Positions 12,661 through 26,000 of a DNA stretch of 64,000 nucleotides are shown here, in pieces. Position numbers and translations under genes: made by a program. The stretch lies in contig JAWMAR010000451.1 in NCBI GenBank assembly GCA_036785375.1, positions 1,178,001 through 1,242,000 of the forward strand, read 5' to 3'. Within the stretch, counting starts at the first letter, position 1. Each line of letters begins with the position of its first letter. This stretch comes from Leucoraja ocellata (Eukaryota). The notes beneath the pieces are model-generated. The model made no database searches. It was not told the origin of the DNA and saw only the letters and a program-made list of their open reading frames with translations.

Positions 12661-14019
12661 ACTAAAAGTAAGATCATGACTACTTCCTGTTTTTCTGTTT
12701 CATGATTTTAGAAAAAACGCTGCCATTTACGGCTGCGATTTTTGGTCAGCTTACTCAGAGTCCCCCTCCGCTGTGCAGGATAAGAGGATTTTTCCCATTG
12801 ATGAAACATAAAAGAGTTATTAATGTTTAAAGCATGTTGACATTATCTCTGCTGCCCCTGCTGGTGGGAGGGGGGGGGGGAGGGACTATAAAACCCAGAA
12901 GTGTTGTGCCTCAGTCAGTCTCTGCAAGATGGGGGAAGTGAGAGGGTCACGTCTGAGCTGCGAATTACACTGAACACATGTACTAAACTGTGAGTATGGT
13001 TTTACTGACCTTGAGTGCCCTTAATGTGGTTTGAAAATGAAAATGTGGTTGGTTTGAAGTAAAAGCATTGCAAATGGTTGGTGGGGCTTTGAGTTGAAGT
13101 AAAAACACTGCAAATGGTTGGTTTGGTTTGGGTTGAAGTAAAAAGCACTGCAAATGGTTGGTTTGGGGTTTTGGGTTGAAGTAAAAGCACTGCCAATGGT
13201 TGGTGGTCTAAACTTGACAACTTCCTGTTTGCACTGGATATTGATTTTAGATAAAACGCTACCACTTACGGCTGTGATTTTTGCCCATCTTACTCAGTCC
13301 ACTCCGCTCATTAGGGGGAAGAGGATTCTTCCCATCAATGAAAAATAAAAGTGTTATTAGTGTTTCAAAAATGTTGAGAATCTCTCACCTGTCAATCATG
13401 CCATGAAGGCCACACCTTTTCCCGGTGGGAGGGGGTGGGATTATAAAACCCGGAAGTCAGGGTGTGGCTCAGTCTCTGCGTGATAGGAGAGGGAGAGGTC
13501 ATGACTCTGTCTGAGCTGTGAATCAACTGAACACACTGAATGTTTACTGAACTGTGAGTGTGGTGTTTTGTGTGGTTTTATGGTGGTTTCACACTCTTGA
13601 AATGCTATGAAACTGCATTTGAATATGGTGGCCTTGCACCCTGCATGAAATGGTATGAAACTGCATTTGAATGTGGTGGCTTTGCACCCTGCATGAAATG
13701 GAATGAAACTGCATTTGATGTAGTGGCTTTGCACCCTGCATGAAATGGTATGAAACTGCATTTGAATTTGTCCCTTCAGCCCACAACATCCATACCACCC
13801 CTCCACACCCCCGATCCTCTTCCCTCCACCCTCCCCCCTACCTCCCTCTCCCTGCTCCCCACCTCTCCCCTCACCCCCCTCTCAGCACCCCCTATCTCTC
13901 CCCTCACTCTCACTCTCTCTCTCTCCTCCCCTCCTCTCCTCCTCCCCCACCTTTCCCCCCTCACCCACCCTCCCTCTACTCCTCCTCTCCACCCCCCATC
14001 CCTCTTGCCCCTCTCTCTG

Positions 14020-14064
<45 letters not shown>

Positions 14065-17000
14065 GCCCCTTCTCTCTCTGCCCCCCCCGCCCCCCCTCTC
14101 TAGATGTGACTGCAAGTTGGGGGCTATGCGTCAGTAAGTAGGGTGGTTATGGGGTAAAAGGAGCTAATTAATAATATTAATATAATATCAAGGGGGGGGG
14201 GGGGTAATTAGTGTGAGTGCAGGGGTGGGGTGGGGGATAGTTAGTGTGTGTGATGCTGCATTCCGCCCCCCCCCCCCCCCCCCCCCCCACAACCGCACGT
14301 TGGGGGAACAGACCCAGCGGGTCTGCACTTGGTCTAGTAGATATCTATAATTCTATATTTTTAGCCTAAAATGAACTCATTGTCAGCAAGGCTTTATTAT
14401 CAGCAGAACAATTGTAAATTCTAACAGAATATTTGATGTAATCTTGCACTCTCCCTGAAGATGTAACACTATATTCTGTGGAAACAAAGAATTGCAGATG
14501 CTGGTTAATACACAAAAGAGCACAAAGTGTTGGAGTAACTCAGCAGGTCCGGCAGCATCTCTGGAGAACATTGATAGGTGACATTTCATGTTGAGACCCT
14601 TGTCAGTCACAAGAAGGGTCTCAATCCGAAACATCACCTATCTATGTCCTCCAGAGATGCTGCCTGACCTGCTGAGTTACTCCAACACTTTGTGTCCTTT
14701 AACACTATATTCCGCATGGTTTGATTGTACTCGTATATGGATTTTTTACTCGGATAGTACACAAAACAAAGTGTTTTCATGGTATCCCAATACACAAGAC
14801 AATAAAAAAACAATGTTGATAATAAGTACGGTGCTGTGGATTAAACATTCATAATATGTTATTTATTCATCTCTGTTTATAAAGTATGAATACTTCTTTT
14901 TTACAAATCATAGCTGGAGAACCATATCGGCACAGGCGTGTAGGTGCTTCTAGATTGAAACATTCAGGATTAGAAGCAATTAGAACAGCAGCATCTCCAA
15001 CAACATCAGTGTCAGTAAGTCATTTTCAAGATTGATTCAATACAGCATTTCTATTTTATCAATACTATTGGAGTATCTACACCAAGATGTATTTGCTTTA
15101 TCGATGACATTTGGCCGGAAATTCAATTGCATAACATTGTTTTAATGATTTGTCAATGATACATTACAACCACCACTTCCAGCATATCTTGCATCACTGT
15201 GAGATTTTAACCAGAAACTTCCAATATGAATCACACTTTTTATCCCTAATTTCCATGCCAAGGCTACATATTTCCTCATACAATCTTTGAGAAATTTAGT
15301 TTAAAGAAGGTACACAAAAATGCTGGAGAAACTCCGCGGGTGAGGCAGCATCTATGGAGCGAAGGAAATAGGCAACGTTTCGGGTCGAAACCCTTCTTCA
15401 GACTATGAAACCCTGCTTCAGGTCTGGAGAAGGGTTTCGACCCGAAACGTTTCCTATTTCATTTGCTCCATAGATGCTGTCTCACCCGCTGAGTTTCTCC
15501 AGCATTTTTGTCTACCTTCGATTTTCCAGCTTCTGCAGTTCCGTCTTAAACTTATAGTTTAAAGAGCTTCTTTTGATTTGCTGCCTCACAGCGTCAGAGA
15601 CCAGACAACGGTTGCTGGCTGTACGGAGTTTGTAACCTCGTGGGTTTTCTCTGGGTGCTCCGGTTTCCTCTCACACTCCAAAGACATAGGTTTGTAGGTT
15701 AATTGGCATCAGTAAAAATTGTAAATTGTTGCTAGTGTGTAGGATAGTGCTAGTGTAAGGGATGATCGCTGGTCAGCGTGGGCACAGTGAGCCGAAGAGC
15801 CTGTATCCGCACTGTATCCGCACTGTATCCCTGAAGTCTAAACCCTAACTCCCCCTCCCCCCACCATCTCTACAATCCTCACGTGGCAACTTCCTGGCTT
15901 CTAAACCCCTGCTTGTCATTCTCCTTCATGTCTACTCCCTGCAGATGCAGAGCAAATGCCAGAATGAGATCGCTAGTCTCTGATAAAATTCTGTAGGAAA
16001 AATCCAACATGGAACCGGGCCCTTATCCCAGTGATTCAGAGCTGACCATCAACCATCCATTTTTGAAATAATCCTATGCCGACTCATTTTATTGTGTCAC
16101 ATTCACATCAACTTTCCATATTTTATCTTCTCACCAACAAACAAGAAATACAGTTGCCAAGTAATCTGTGAGCATGAACTACATTGGGATGTGGGAGCAC
16201 CTGAACGAAACCCATCAAGTTACAGGGAGAACATGTAAATCCCTTAAACGCAGCACCATAGGTCCGGATCTAACCTGGGTCACTGGAGCTGTGTGACAGC
16301 AACTATTCAAGTCACAGAATTGTGCCACAGTGGCACATATGTGGAGGGAAGATTTCACTCTCCCCTCCGCACTAGTGCATAGTGGCTCATCTCTCTCCTG
16401 GCCTCTGAATGTGCTCAACCATTCCCTTTCACCAACTCCTCATGCACAACGCTTGAGGAATTATCATCCTGACTCAAAAATATCTCCCTCTCCTCCCTAC
16501 ATTTACACAATGAATTGTTTTCTGATGGCATTTCCTGCTCCATTGGCCCTGGCACTGGGCTCCAAGCTCTCCAACCTACTGGCTCTGGGAGAGGAGGTCC
16601 AACTAGGACATGGTGAACTACATAAGTATGCAGTGCCTAGTTACTTGTGACTGAGATCTTGGGCACAGGTAACAATTGAAGTTTGATGAGGTTGGCGGGG
16701 GGGAGGGGGGTGGTTAAAGACCAAACTAGTTGTTGGCCCATCACATTGGAGCCTTTAGGAAGTGCCAATATTTCTTGGCATTTACATTAGAAACCCACAT
16801 AATTAGACGTAAATAGCAAATCATTTGAGATTAGATTAGTTGCATGTTGCATGTTAAATCAATTGTAATGTTAGCCCATTTATCGTAATGCATTTTTATT
16901 TATTTAAAGTTTGATTTGGTGGCGAAACTTGCCCAGATCAAGATCAATCTATTGGAATTGCTCAGTTCAGAATGAGGTTCATATAAACTTTAGTCTACAG

Positions 17001-20000
17001 AAGTCACTCCATTTATATTACAAAAAAATATAAATTACCACTGTTGATACTGCCTTAAGAGTATTGCATCTCTATTTTGTGCTAATGTAATGGGTTGATT
17101 TGTTAATGCAGTGGTCAGAAAATAATAGCATAAAAGATATTTGTAACTTGCTGACAGAGGATGTGATGGAGTGAGATACAGTTACACAGGCACTGAAATA
17201 GGCAAGGCATGGACAGATACAGACCTAGTGCGGCAAATGGGATTGTGTAGATGGAAGAAAAGGTTGGCGTGAATATGGTGGGCCAAAGGGTCAATTTCTG
17301 TGACATATAACTCTATTGACACGGTATGTACTTTATACAGACTCAAGGAAAGAAGACCTTACTGTTTTCTACTGAGGCAAAAAAGCAAATGATGAAGCAA
17401 GCCAAAGCAGCAAAAGACGAACGAAAGTCTCAAATGGACTCTCGCCATAGTTACCTCATATCTAAATTAGCTGATGGAACTGGTCTGGAAGAAACAGTTG
17501 TACAGGACTTCATTATATCAGATCAAAAGGTATGCTTTCTATTTTTTAATGGCATATAATAAGTATCTAAAAGGTCTTTTGATATATCAGTAAGAAGTTT
17601 ATATCAAGCTCTAATGTAAGATTACTGGGGTGCTGCCAAATAGTTATTATTACAAGGTTGATGCTCAGCCCCCACATAAGTAGAAATCTACCACTAAAAG
17701 GCTTGCCAAATGGACACAAACTATTATTTTAGACGTGGACACCAACCATTATTTTAGACTTGGACCTCAGGTAGTTCTGCATTAATGTCCGGAATGGTTC
17801 GATGTGTAAGAAAGAACTCGCATTTGTAATCTTGAATGTTGTTGGGGGTTGAGTGGATCAATAAACAATAGACAATAGAAATTAAGTGCAGGAGTAGGCC
17901 CTTCGGCACTTCGAGCCAGCGCCGCAACTCAATGTGGTCATGGCTGATCATCCCCAATCAGTACCCCATTCCTGCCTTCTCCCCATATCCCCTGACTCCG
18001 CTATTTTTAAGAGCCCTATCTAGCTCTCTCATGAAAGCATCCAGAGAACCTGCCTCCACCGCCCTCTGAAGCAGAGAATTCCACAAAAAAAGTGTTTCCT
18101 CGTCTCCATTCTAAAATGGCTTACTCCTTATTCTTAAACTGTGGTCCCTGGTTCTGGACTCCCCCAACATCGGGAACATGTTTCCTGCCTCCAGCGTGTC
18201 AAAACCCTTAACAATCTGATATGTTTCAATGAGATACCCTCTCATCCTTCTAAACTGCAGAGTGTACGAGCCCAGCTGCTCCATTCTCTCAGCATATGAC
18301 AGTCCCGCATCCCGGGAATTAACCTTGTACACCTACGCTGCACTCCCTCAATAGCAAGAATGTCCTTCCTCAAATTAAGGGACCAAAACTCCACACAATA
18401 CTCCAGGTGTGGTCTCACTAGGGCTCTGTACAACTGCAGAAGGACCTCTTTGCTCCTATATTCGATTCCTCTTGTTATAAAGGCCAACATGCCATTCGCT
18501 TTCTTCACTGCCTGCTGTACCTGCATGCTTACTTCCATAGACTGATGTACAAGGACTCCCAGATCCCGTTGTACTTCCCCTTTTCCCAACTTGACGCCAT
18601 TTAGATAGTAATCTGCCTTCCTGTTTTTGCTACCAAAGTGGATAACCTCACATTTATTCGCATTAAACTTCATCTGCCATGCATCTGCCCACTCGCCAAC
18701 CTGTCCAAGTCACCCTGCATTCTCATAGCATCCTCCTCATAGTTCACGCTGCCACCCAGCTTTGTGTCATCTGCAAATTTGCAAATGTTACTTTGAATCC
18801 CTTCATCCAAATCATTGATGTATATTGTAAATAGCTGCAGTCTCAGCACTGAGCCTTGCGATATCCCACTAGTCACTGCCTGCCATTCTGAAAGGGACCC
18901 GTTAACCCCTACTCTTTGTTTCCTGAGTGCCAACCACTTCTCTATCCATGTCGGCACTCTACCCCTAATACCATGTGCCCTAATTTTGCCCACTAATCTC
19001 CTATGTGGGATCTTATCAAATGCTCTCTGAAAGTCCAGGTACACTACATCCACTGACTCTCCCTTGTCCATTTTCCTAGTTACATCTTCAAAAAATTCCA
19101 GAAGATTAGTCGAGCATGATTTGCCCTTCGTAAATCCATGCTGACTCGGGCCGATCCTGTTACTGGTATCCAAATGTGCGGCTATCTCATCTTTTATAAT
19201 TGACTCCAGCATCTTCCCCACACCATTTCCTGCCTAATGTGGATTTCCTTCAGTTCCTCCGTCACCCCAGATCCTCAGCCCACTACTTTATCAGGAAGAT
19301 TGTTTGTGTCCTCCTTAGTGAAGACAGATCCAAAGTACCTGTTCAACTCATCTGCCATTTCCTTGTTCCCCATAATAAATTTACCTTTTTCGGTCTTCAA
19401 GGGTCCAACTTTGGTCTTAACTATTTTTTTCCTCTTCACATACCTAAAGAAGCTTTTACTGTCCTGCTTTATATTCTTGGCTAGTTTACCTTCATACCTC
19501 ATCTTTTCTCCCCGTATTGTCTTTTTGGTTATCTTCTGTTGTTCTTTAAACATTACCCAATCCTCTTGCTTCCCGCTCATCTTTGCTACGTTGTATTACT
19601 TCGCTTTAATTTTTATACTGTCCCTGACGTCCCTTGTCAGCTATGGTTGTCCCTTTCTCCCCTTGGAATCTTTCTTCCTCCTAGGAATGAACTGATCCTG
19701 CACCTTCTGTATTATTCCTAGAAACACCTGCCATTTTTGTTCCACTGTCATCCCTGCTGGTGTATCTTTCCAGTCAACTTTGACCAGCATCTCCCTCATG
19801 GCCCCATAGTCCCCTTTATTCAACTGCAACACTGACACCTCTGATCTACTCTTCTCCCTCTCCAATTGTAGATTAAACCTGACCATTTTATGGTCACTGC
19901 CTCCTAATGGCTCATTAACCTCGAGGTCCTTTATCAAAACCGGTTCATTACATAACACTAAATCCAGAATTGCCTTCTCCCTGGTATAAATCTGGGGATA

Positions 20001-23000
20001 ATGGGGATTTCAGCCAATGGGGTATTGTGTCTGTGAGAAAATGTTCAACTATTAGAGGATCAGCAATGAGGACTCTGGGTATTTTTCCCATTGGAGGATT
20101 GGGACATTGAAGGGTGAGTTTAGTCATTGATTGGGGGCTGGGGAGGCAGAGATGGAAATGAGGTTTAGCCTTTGGGGAAATGGGCCTGGGACAGAGCTTG
20201 GGTCATTGGAGGAGATGGAAAAGATTAACATTTTAATTTTAAAGCAATTTTTTACAATTAAGATATGTTTCCTTTCTAGTATCATATGATTGACGAGTTC
20301 TTTGCACCAAATGGTTCCAAAAAAATATTATTTTATTACCAAGAAGCAGCCGCTGTAAGTATTCATTAGTGAAATTAAAATATTCAAGTCAACTAAATGT
20401 GGATATACTTCACAATAACTACAAATAGATTATTGCTTTGCTTAAAATTACTTTTACTTAATAGTTTAACACAGCAGCAATTTCCTTTAAAACTCAGGTT
20501 AACTGATTGAAGAATATTAAAAAAAAGCTAAAGCAATTTTAATTCACTCTAGCCAGTTAAATTAACGACCAATTTTGATTATTAACATTCCCATTAGAAT
20601 ACTCAGTAGTGTTTAAATAAGTTCTATAATGCAAAGGATTGACAATAATTTGTTTAAGAATACATGTTTAACCCTTCAGAACATTGAATTGAAGCGCTTA
20701 AGTGCAGATACATCGCGAAGCATACCTCAGAAAAGACTGTTCATCACTAATGGCTCAGCTGAGGTAGGGTTATTAACATTAACATTTCCCTTGCAAAGTA
20801 ATAAATTATAAATTCACTTGCTTTCAGAAGGTAGATAATTTGTAATTTTGAAAAAAAATTGAACTGTGGTAATTCATTTTTGTCCTGCCCATCTTTCAGG
20901 GTTTGACTGGAGATTGTTTATTTTTTCTTCGAACGACGAATAAAAATATCAGCACAGCTAATGTTTCTCAGGTCAGTTCCATTCTCCTATGACAAAAATC
21001 ATTTTACATGTAAAAAGTGTCTAATTGAGCATGTGTCAGGACTGATTTGCCCAGGAAGATGATATTTAACTTCCCAGACTTAAGTTTATTCCAGGTTGCT
21101 GTTGCTCATCATGTCACATTTCAGTTTGCTGCTCACAGTTGCATTTATCTCAGAAACTCCATGATCAAGGAGAGAAGATTCCATTTACTTTACATTCAAT
21201 ACACAAAAGCATGCATAGTGGGTGAGAGATTTACCTATATGCAGGCTTCCCAAATTGCAGGCATTATTAGACTGCATTCCCTTGACCTTAACAGAAACCT
21301 CTCTGGCAGCCTTCCACGAGGAGCAGTGAGTGTTGCCCTGGAGGATCTTTATGGTTCCATTCATCGCAAGCATTCATTCTGCAAACAGTCCTTCACCCGC
21401 TTGCCCAAGACCCTCTGACTCCCTGGAGCGTACTCCAACCCTATCACCATCGTTGCAGTGTTCATTTTTTTTGAGATAGCCTTTTCTAGGAGAAAGTGCT
21501 TGTGTTGTTGAAAATGATTGTAAATTATTACAACCATTGGGTTAGTTTCCAACAATTCTGAGAACTTACAGTAAATTAGTACACAAGGAAAGCTGATAAT
21601 ACTGTTCTGGGTTGCTTGCTAATAAAGATTATGCTGTTTGTACAAATTTAAAAATAAAACATTAGGCTGACATACGAATTTTAGTTTTAAACATTTAAAA
21701 TGTGATCAAATATTTATTAAACTATAGACACAGGATAAAATGTATACAAGCATTCTGACAATATTTATACATGAACACAAGAATTAAAAACAATTAAACT
21801 TAGTCTAACACAAAGTGAACCCATGGTAAATGCGGTTATTTAAAAATAAAAGGACATGTTAGATGTAGTCTTTTGTCTGTAACCCCAAAGCCAGGTTAAA
21901 TTGTTGTCTGGAAGATGGAAGACATATTTTACATAAAAATTAAATTATGCAGTGCCATATTTTTTAGCACTATACAATTGAAATTTCATGATAACTAAAA
22001 CATTACAGAATATTTTGAAGTTATTATGATTTACACAAAGTCTGTAATTATTTTCCCTCTATGTTGGAAGTGCTAACATAACATTGGAGGAGTGGGCATA
22101 ATTTATTGTGCAGTGGAGGCCTCCTTTGGGATTTTGCACATGCTTGAGGTGCTCAATCCATTTGTACTCAGGCGGAAGCAAGACTGCATGTCACTTATCA
22201 GGCGGACTAATTTAAAGCTAACCTGTCAGAGTAGGTCATGGTTATTAGATATAGGTTTATTATTGTCACATGCACTGAGGTGCATTGGAAAGCTTTGTTT
22301 TGCATGCTATCCAAACAGATCTAATAATACCATGCATCAATATGATCAAACCAAACTCAAGTAGAATACATAGAGCAAAGAGGAAGATACAGAGTGCAGA
22401 ATATACAGTAGTTCTCAGCATTGTGGCACATCAGTTCCAGCTATAAAGTCCACAAAGGGGTAGAAGGGAATTGGATTGTAGCCAAGTTTACGGAAGATCA
22501 TTCAGAAGCCTGGTAACAGGCTGTGCCTGAATCTCATGGTGTGCACTTTCAATCTTCTGTACCTTCTGTACCTTCTGCTGGGTGGGAGCAGGGAGAAGAA
22601 GCAATGACAGGGGTGGGATTTGATTTTGATTATGTTGGCTGCTTTTCCAAGGCAGCGTGTAGTGTAGATTTAAGTCACTGATGGGAAGTCTGGTCAGTGT
22701 GATGGACATGGAACCAGCCTAAGGGAATATTCTTTAAATAACATACTTACCTGGTTTTCCCTGGAACTCACCAGCCATTCACTTTGTCACCCCCCCCCCC
22801 CCCCCCCCCCCCCCCCACCAATCCCAATAATTTTTTTAAGCTGACCACCCACCCCAACTAAACTGCTGATACTTCCCAATAATACTGATTCCCTGGTTCT
22901 GGTTCTGTTTGTTTCCTGCGCAAACACCTCATAAGTGGTTATCTCGCTTCCCTATTCCCTTACCAATACCTCCCAGCTATGTATTGAAATTTTTTTCTTT

Positions 23001-26000
23001 CTAGATTATTAAGTTGTCTTTCCCAACTCCAGCATTTAGGTATTCCAACCACTCACCCCAATTCCTGGCAGCCAATCTCGCTCCATCTCTCAGATCCTAC
23101 ACTGATCATTGCACTGATCTCCCTGCTGACTACACACACAATCTTGTCATCAATGCTACCAATTGACCACGCCCGCACATCCAATTCCAGTTTAAAACTT
23201 AATCTGTTTTCCTTTATGTGAGTCACATTGGAGCAGCACACAAATGAAAGAGTTTTCTTTGAACTGAATCCATTCAACAGCGCAGTTTGTCGGACCTTGA
23301 GTAAAACATTTGATGGCCCATTATGAACTAACAGGTAATATCCCTAAGCAGGTCCCATTCAATTTCTAGGTCTGCATTGTATTTAACATTTCTACTTCAA
23401 GGACATCAATTTTTTTATCATGATTATATAAGCCATAAGCAAAGTTGAGGGATGGCACAGCTAAGAGTGCTGCTGTCTCCAAGCTTCAGTGACCTGAATT
23501 CAATCCTGACATCTGGTGCCGTCTTTGTAGAGTTTGCATTTCAAGTAAGAATTTCATTGTTCTATCTGGGACATATGACAAAAACACTCTTGACTCTCAC
23601 TGTGACCATGTGGGATTCACACGAATTAATGAAAATGTGGGTTGAAATGGGTTGAAATGGAAATGTGATGCTCGGCGAGCTGGGATAGACAATGGGTTGA
23701 ATGGCCTCTTTCTATCTTATAAAGTGCCATAAAGGAATTCTACTGCAGATAGCAGTAAAGTTTGCTTTATGTTCCATACAGGACTGTTAACAAAAATAGA
23801 AAATCTCATAAGGAGAAAAGGTAAAACAATTATATAAAGGAGAAACAATTATTTATTGGTCTCCCTTTCGCAACCTTTATAACAATTGTTTCTATCGTTG
23901 AGTTGAATCAATCATTCAGGGTGAAGAAAATGATTGTTAAATAGTGATTGTTGAAATGTTACTTCATCATTAATTCATGAAGTTAACATTTATCAAAATG
24001 GTTTAATATTAAAATCTTGACCAATATCGTTTCACATAAATTTAAAAGGGCCTTTTCTATTTAGGAGGTAAATTTTGGCATGCTTAATTGTTCTGAAGAA
24101 AATCTACTTCAAGGATTGGAGAAACTCCTTGGCAATGTAATGGTACCTGCACTGCGATCCCAAGAGGTAACCTTCTCCCATGTGATATGATTTTCAACAG
24201 TATTTGTATACTTAATGTCTGAAGAAGGGTTTCGGCCCGAAACGTTGCCTATTTCCTTCACTCCATAGATGCTGCCGCACCCGCTGAGTTACTCCAGCAC
24301 TTTTGTCTATCTTCGATTCTCCAGCATCTGCAGTTCCTTCTTGAACTTAATGTTGATAAAATGATTGACTGTAATTTTTCTGTTAATCTTGTTCTTTATA
24401 TTGAAGAGAAAATTAATTAAGTGTGGGTTTGACACACATTTTAATAAAATATATTGAAAATTAAGTTTCTATATGATTAAAATCAAACATAATAGTTCAT
24501 GAGGGAAAGCTTTAATCAACTACTAATTATCTCTGAATGAACTGATGCCATAACTATATCAGTCTTTCAACTTGATTGGAGCACCACACTGACATCTGGT
24601 GTTGGGATGGAAAATCAACAACAACCTGAATGGATATTTCCAGAACTAATATTTGCACAATGAATATGTTAAATTAGTGGACAGTTGATATAAAGATGCA
24701 CTGAGGATTTGTCCATCAACATTGGCAATAGTATTTTTCAGTTTGGATATTAAACATTCAATAATGTTAGGATGCTAGGAGGCTGCAAGGTGACTTGGAT
24801 AGGTTGGGTGAGTGGGAAAATGCATGGCAGATGCAGTATAATGTGGATAAATGTGAGATTATCTACTTTGGTGGCAAAAACAGGAAAGTAGATTATTATC
24901 TGAATGGTGGCCGATTAGGAAAAGGGGAGATGCAACGAGATCTGGGTGTCATGGTACACCAGTCATTGAAAGTAGGCATGTTAGCATTCATAGCAAAAAG
25001 ATTTGAGTATAGGAGCAGGGAGGTTCTACTGCAGTTGTACAGGATCTTGGTGAGACGACACCTGGAGTATTGCATACCGTTTTGGTCTCCTAATCTGAGG
25101 AAAGATATTCTTGCCATTGAGGAAGTACAGAGAAGGTTCACCAGACTGATTCCTGGGATGGCAGGACTTTCATATGAAGAAAGACTGGATAGACTCGGCT
25201 TGTACACGCTAGAATTTAGAAGATTGAGGGGGATCTTATAGAAACTTACAAAATTCTTAAGGGGTTGGACAGGCTAGATGCAGGAAGATTAGTCCCGATG
25301 TTGGGGAAGTCCAGAACTAGGGGTCACAGTTTAAGGATAACCATATAACCATATAACCATATAACAATTACAGCATGGAAACGGGCCATCTCGGCCCTTC
25401 TAGTCCGTGCCGAACACGTATTCTCCCCTAGTCCCATCTACCTGCACTCAGACCATAACCTTCTGCGCTCCAAAGAATAAAGAATAAAATTAGTTGCTGA
25501 AACCCAGGCAACATTACAGTAAATCGCCTCTGTACTCTCTATTTTGTTGACATCCTTCCTATAATTAGGCGACCAAAATTGTACCCCATACTCCAGAATT
25601 GGCCTCACCAATGCCTTGTACAATTTTAACATTACATCCCAACTTCTATACTCAATGCTCTGATTTATAAAGGCCAGCACACCAAAAGCTTTCTTTACCA
25701 CCCTATCTACATGAGATTCCACCTTCAGGGAACTGTGCACAGTTATTCCCAGATCCCTCTGTTCAACTGCATTCTTCAATTCCCTACCACTTACCATGTA
25801 CGTCCTATTTTGATTTATCCTGCCAAGATGTAGCACCTCACATTTATCAGCATTAAATTCCATCTGCCATCTTTCAGCCCACTCTTCCAACTGGCATAAA
25901 TCTCTCTGCATACTTTGAAAATCTACTTCATTATCCACAACACCACCTAGCTTAGTATCTTCTGCATACTTACTAATCCAATTTACTGCACCATCATCCA

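Noticed and set aside
13040-13765. Regularly spaced repeats resembling a CRISPR array
   Set aside because: These are head-to-tail tandem units with no unique spacers and no cas genes, in a vertebrate intron inside a Helitron.
22743-22754. ATACTTACCTGG, identical to the U1 snRNA 5' end
   Set aside because: The match stops after 12 nt. It is better read as a consensus donor on the minus strand.
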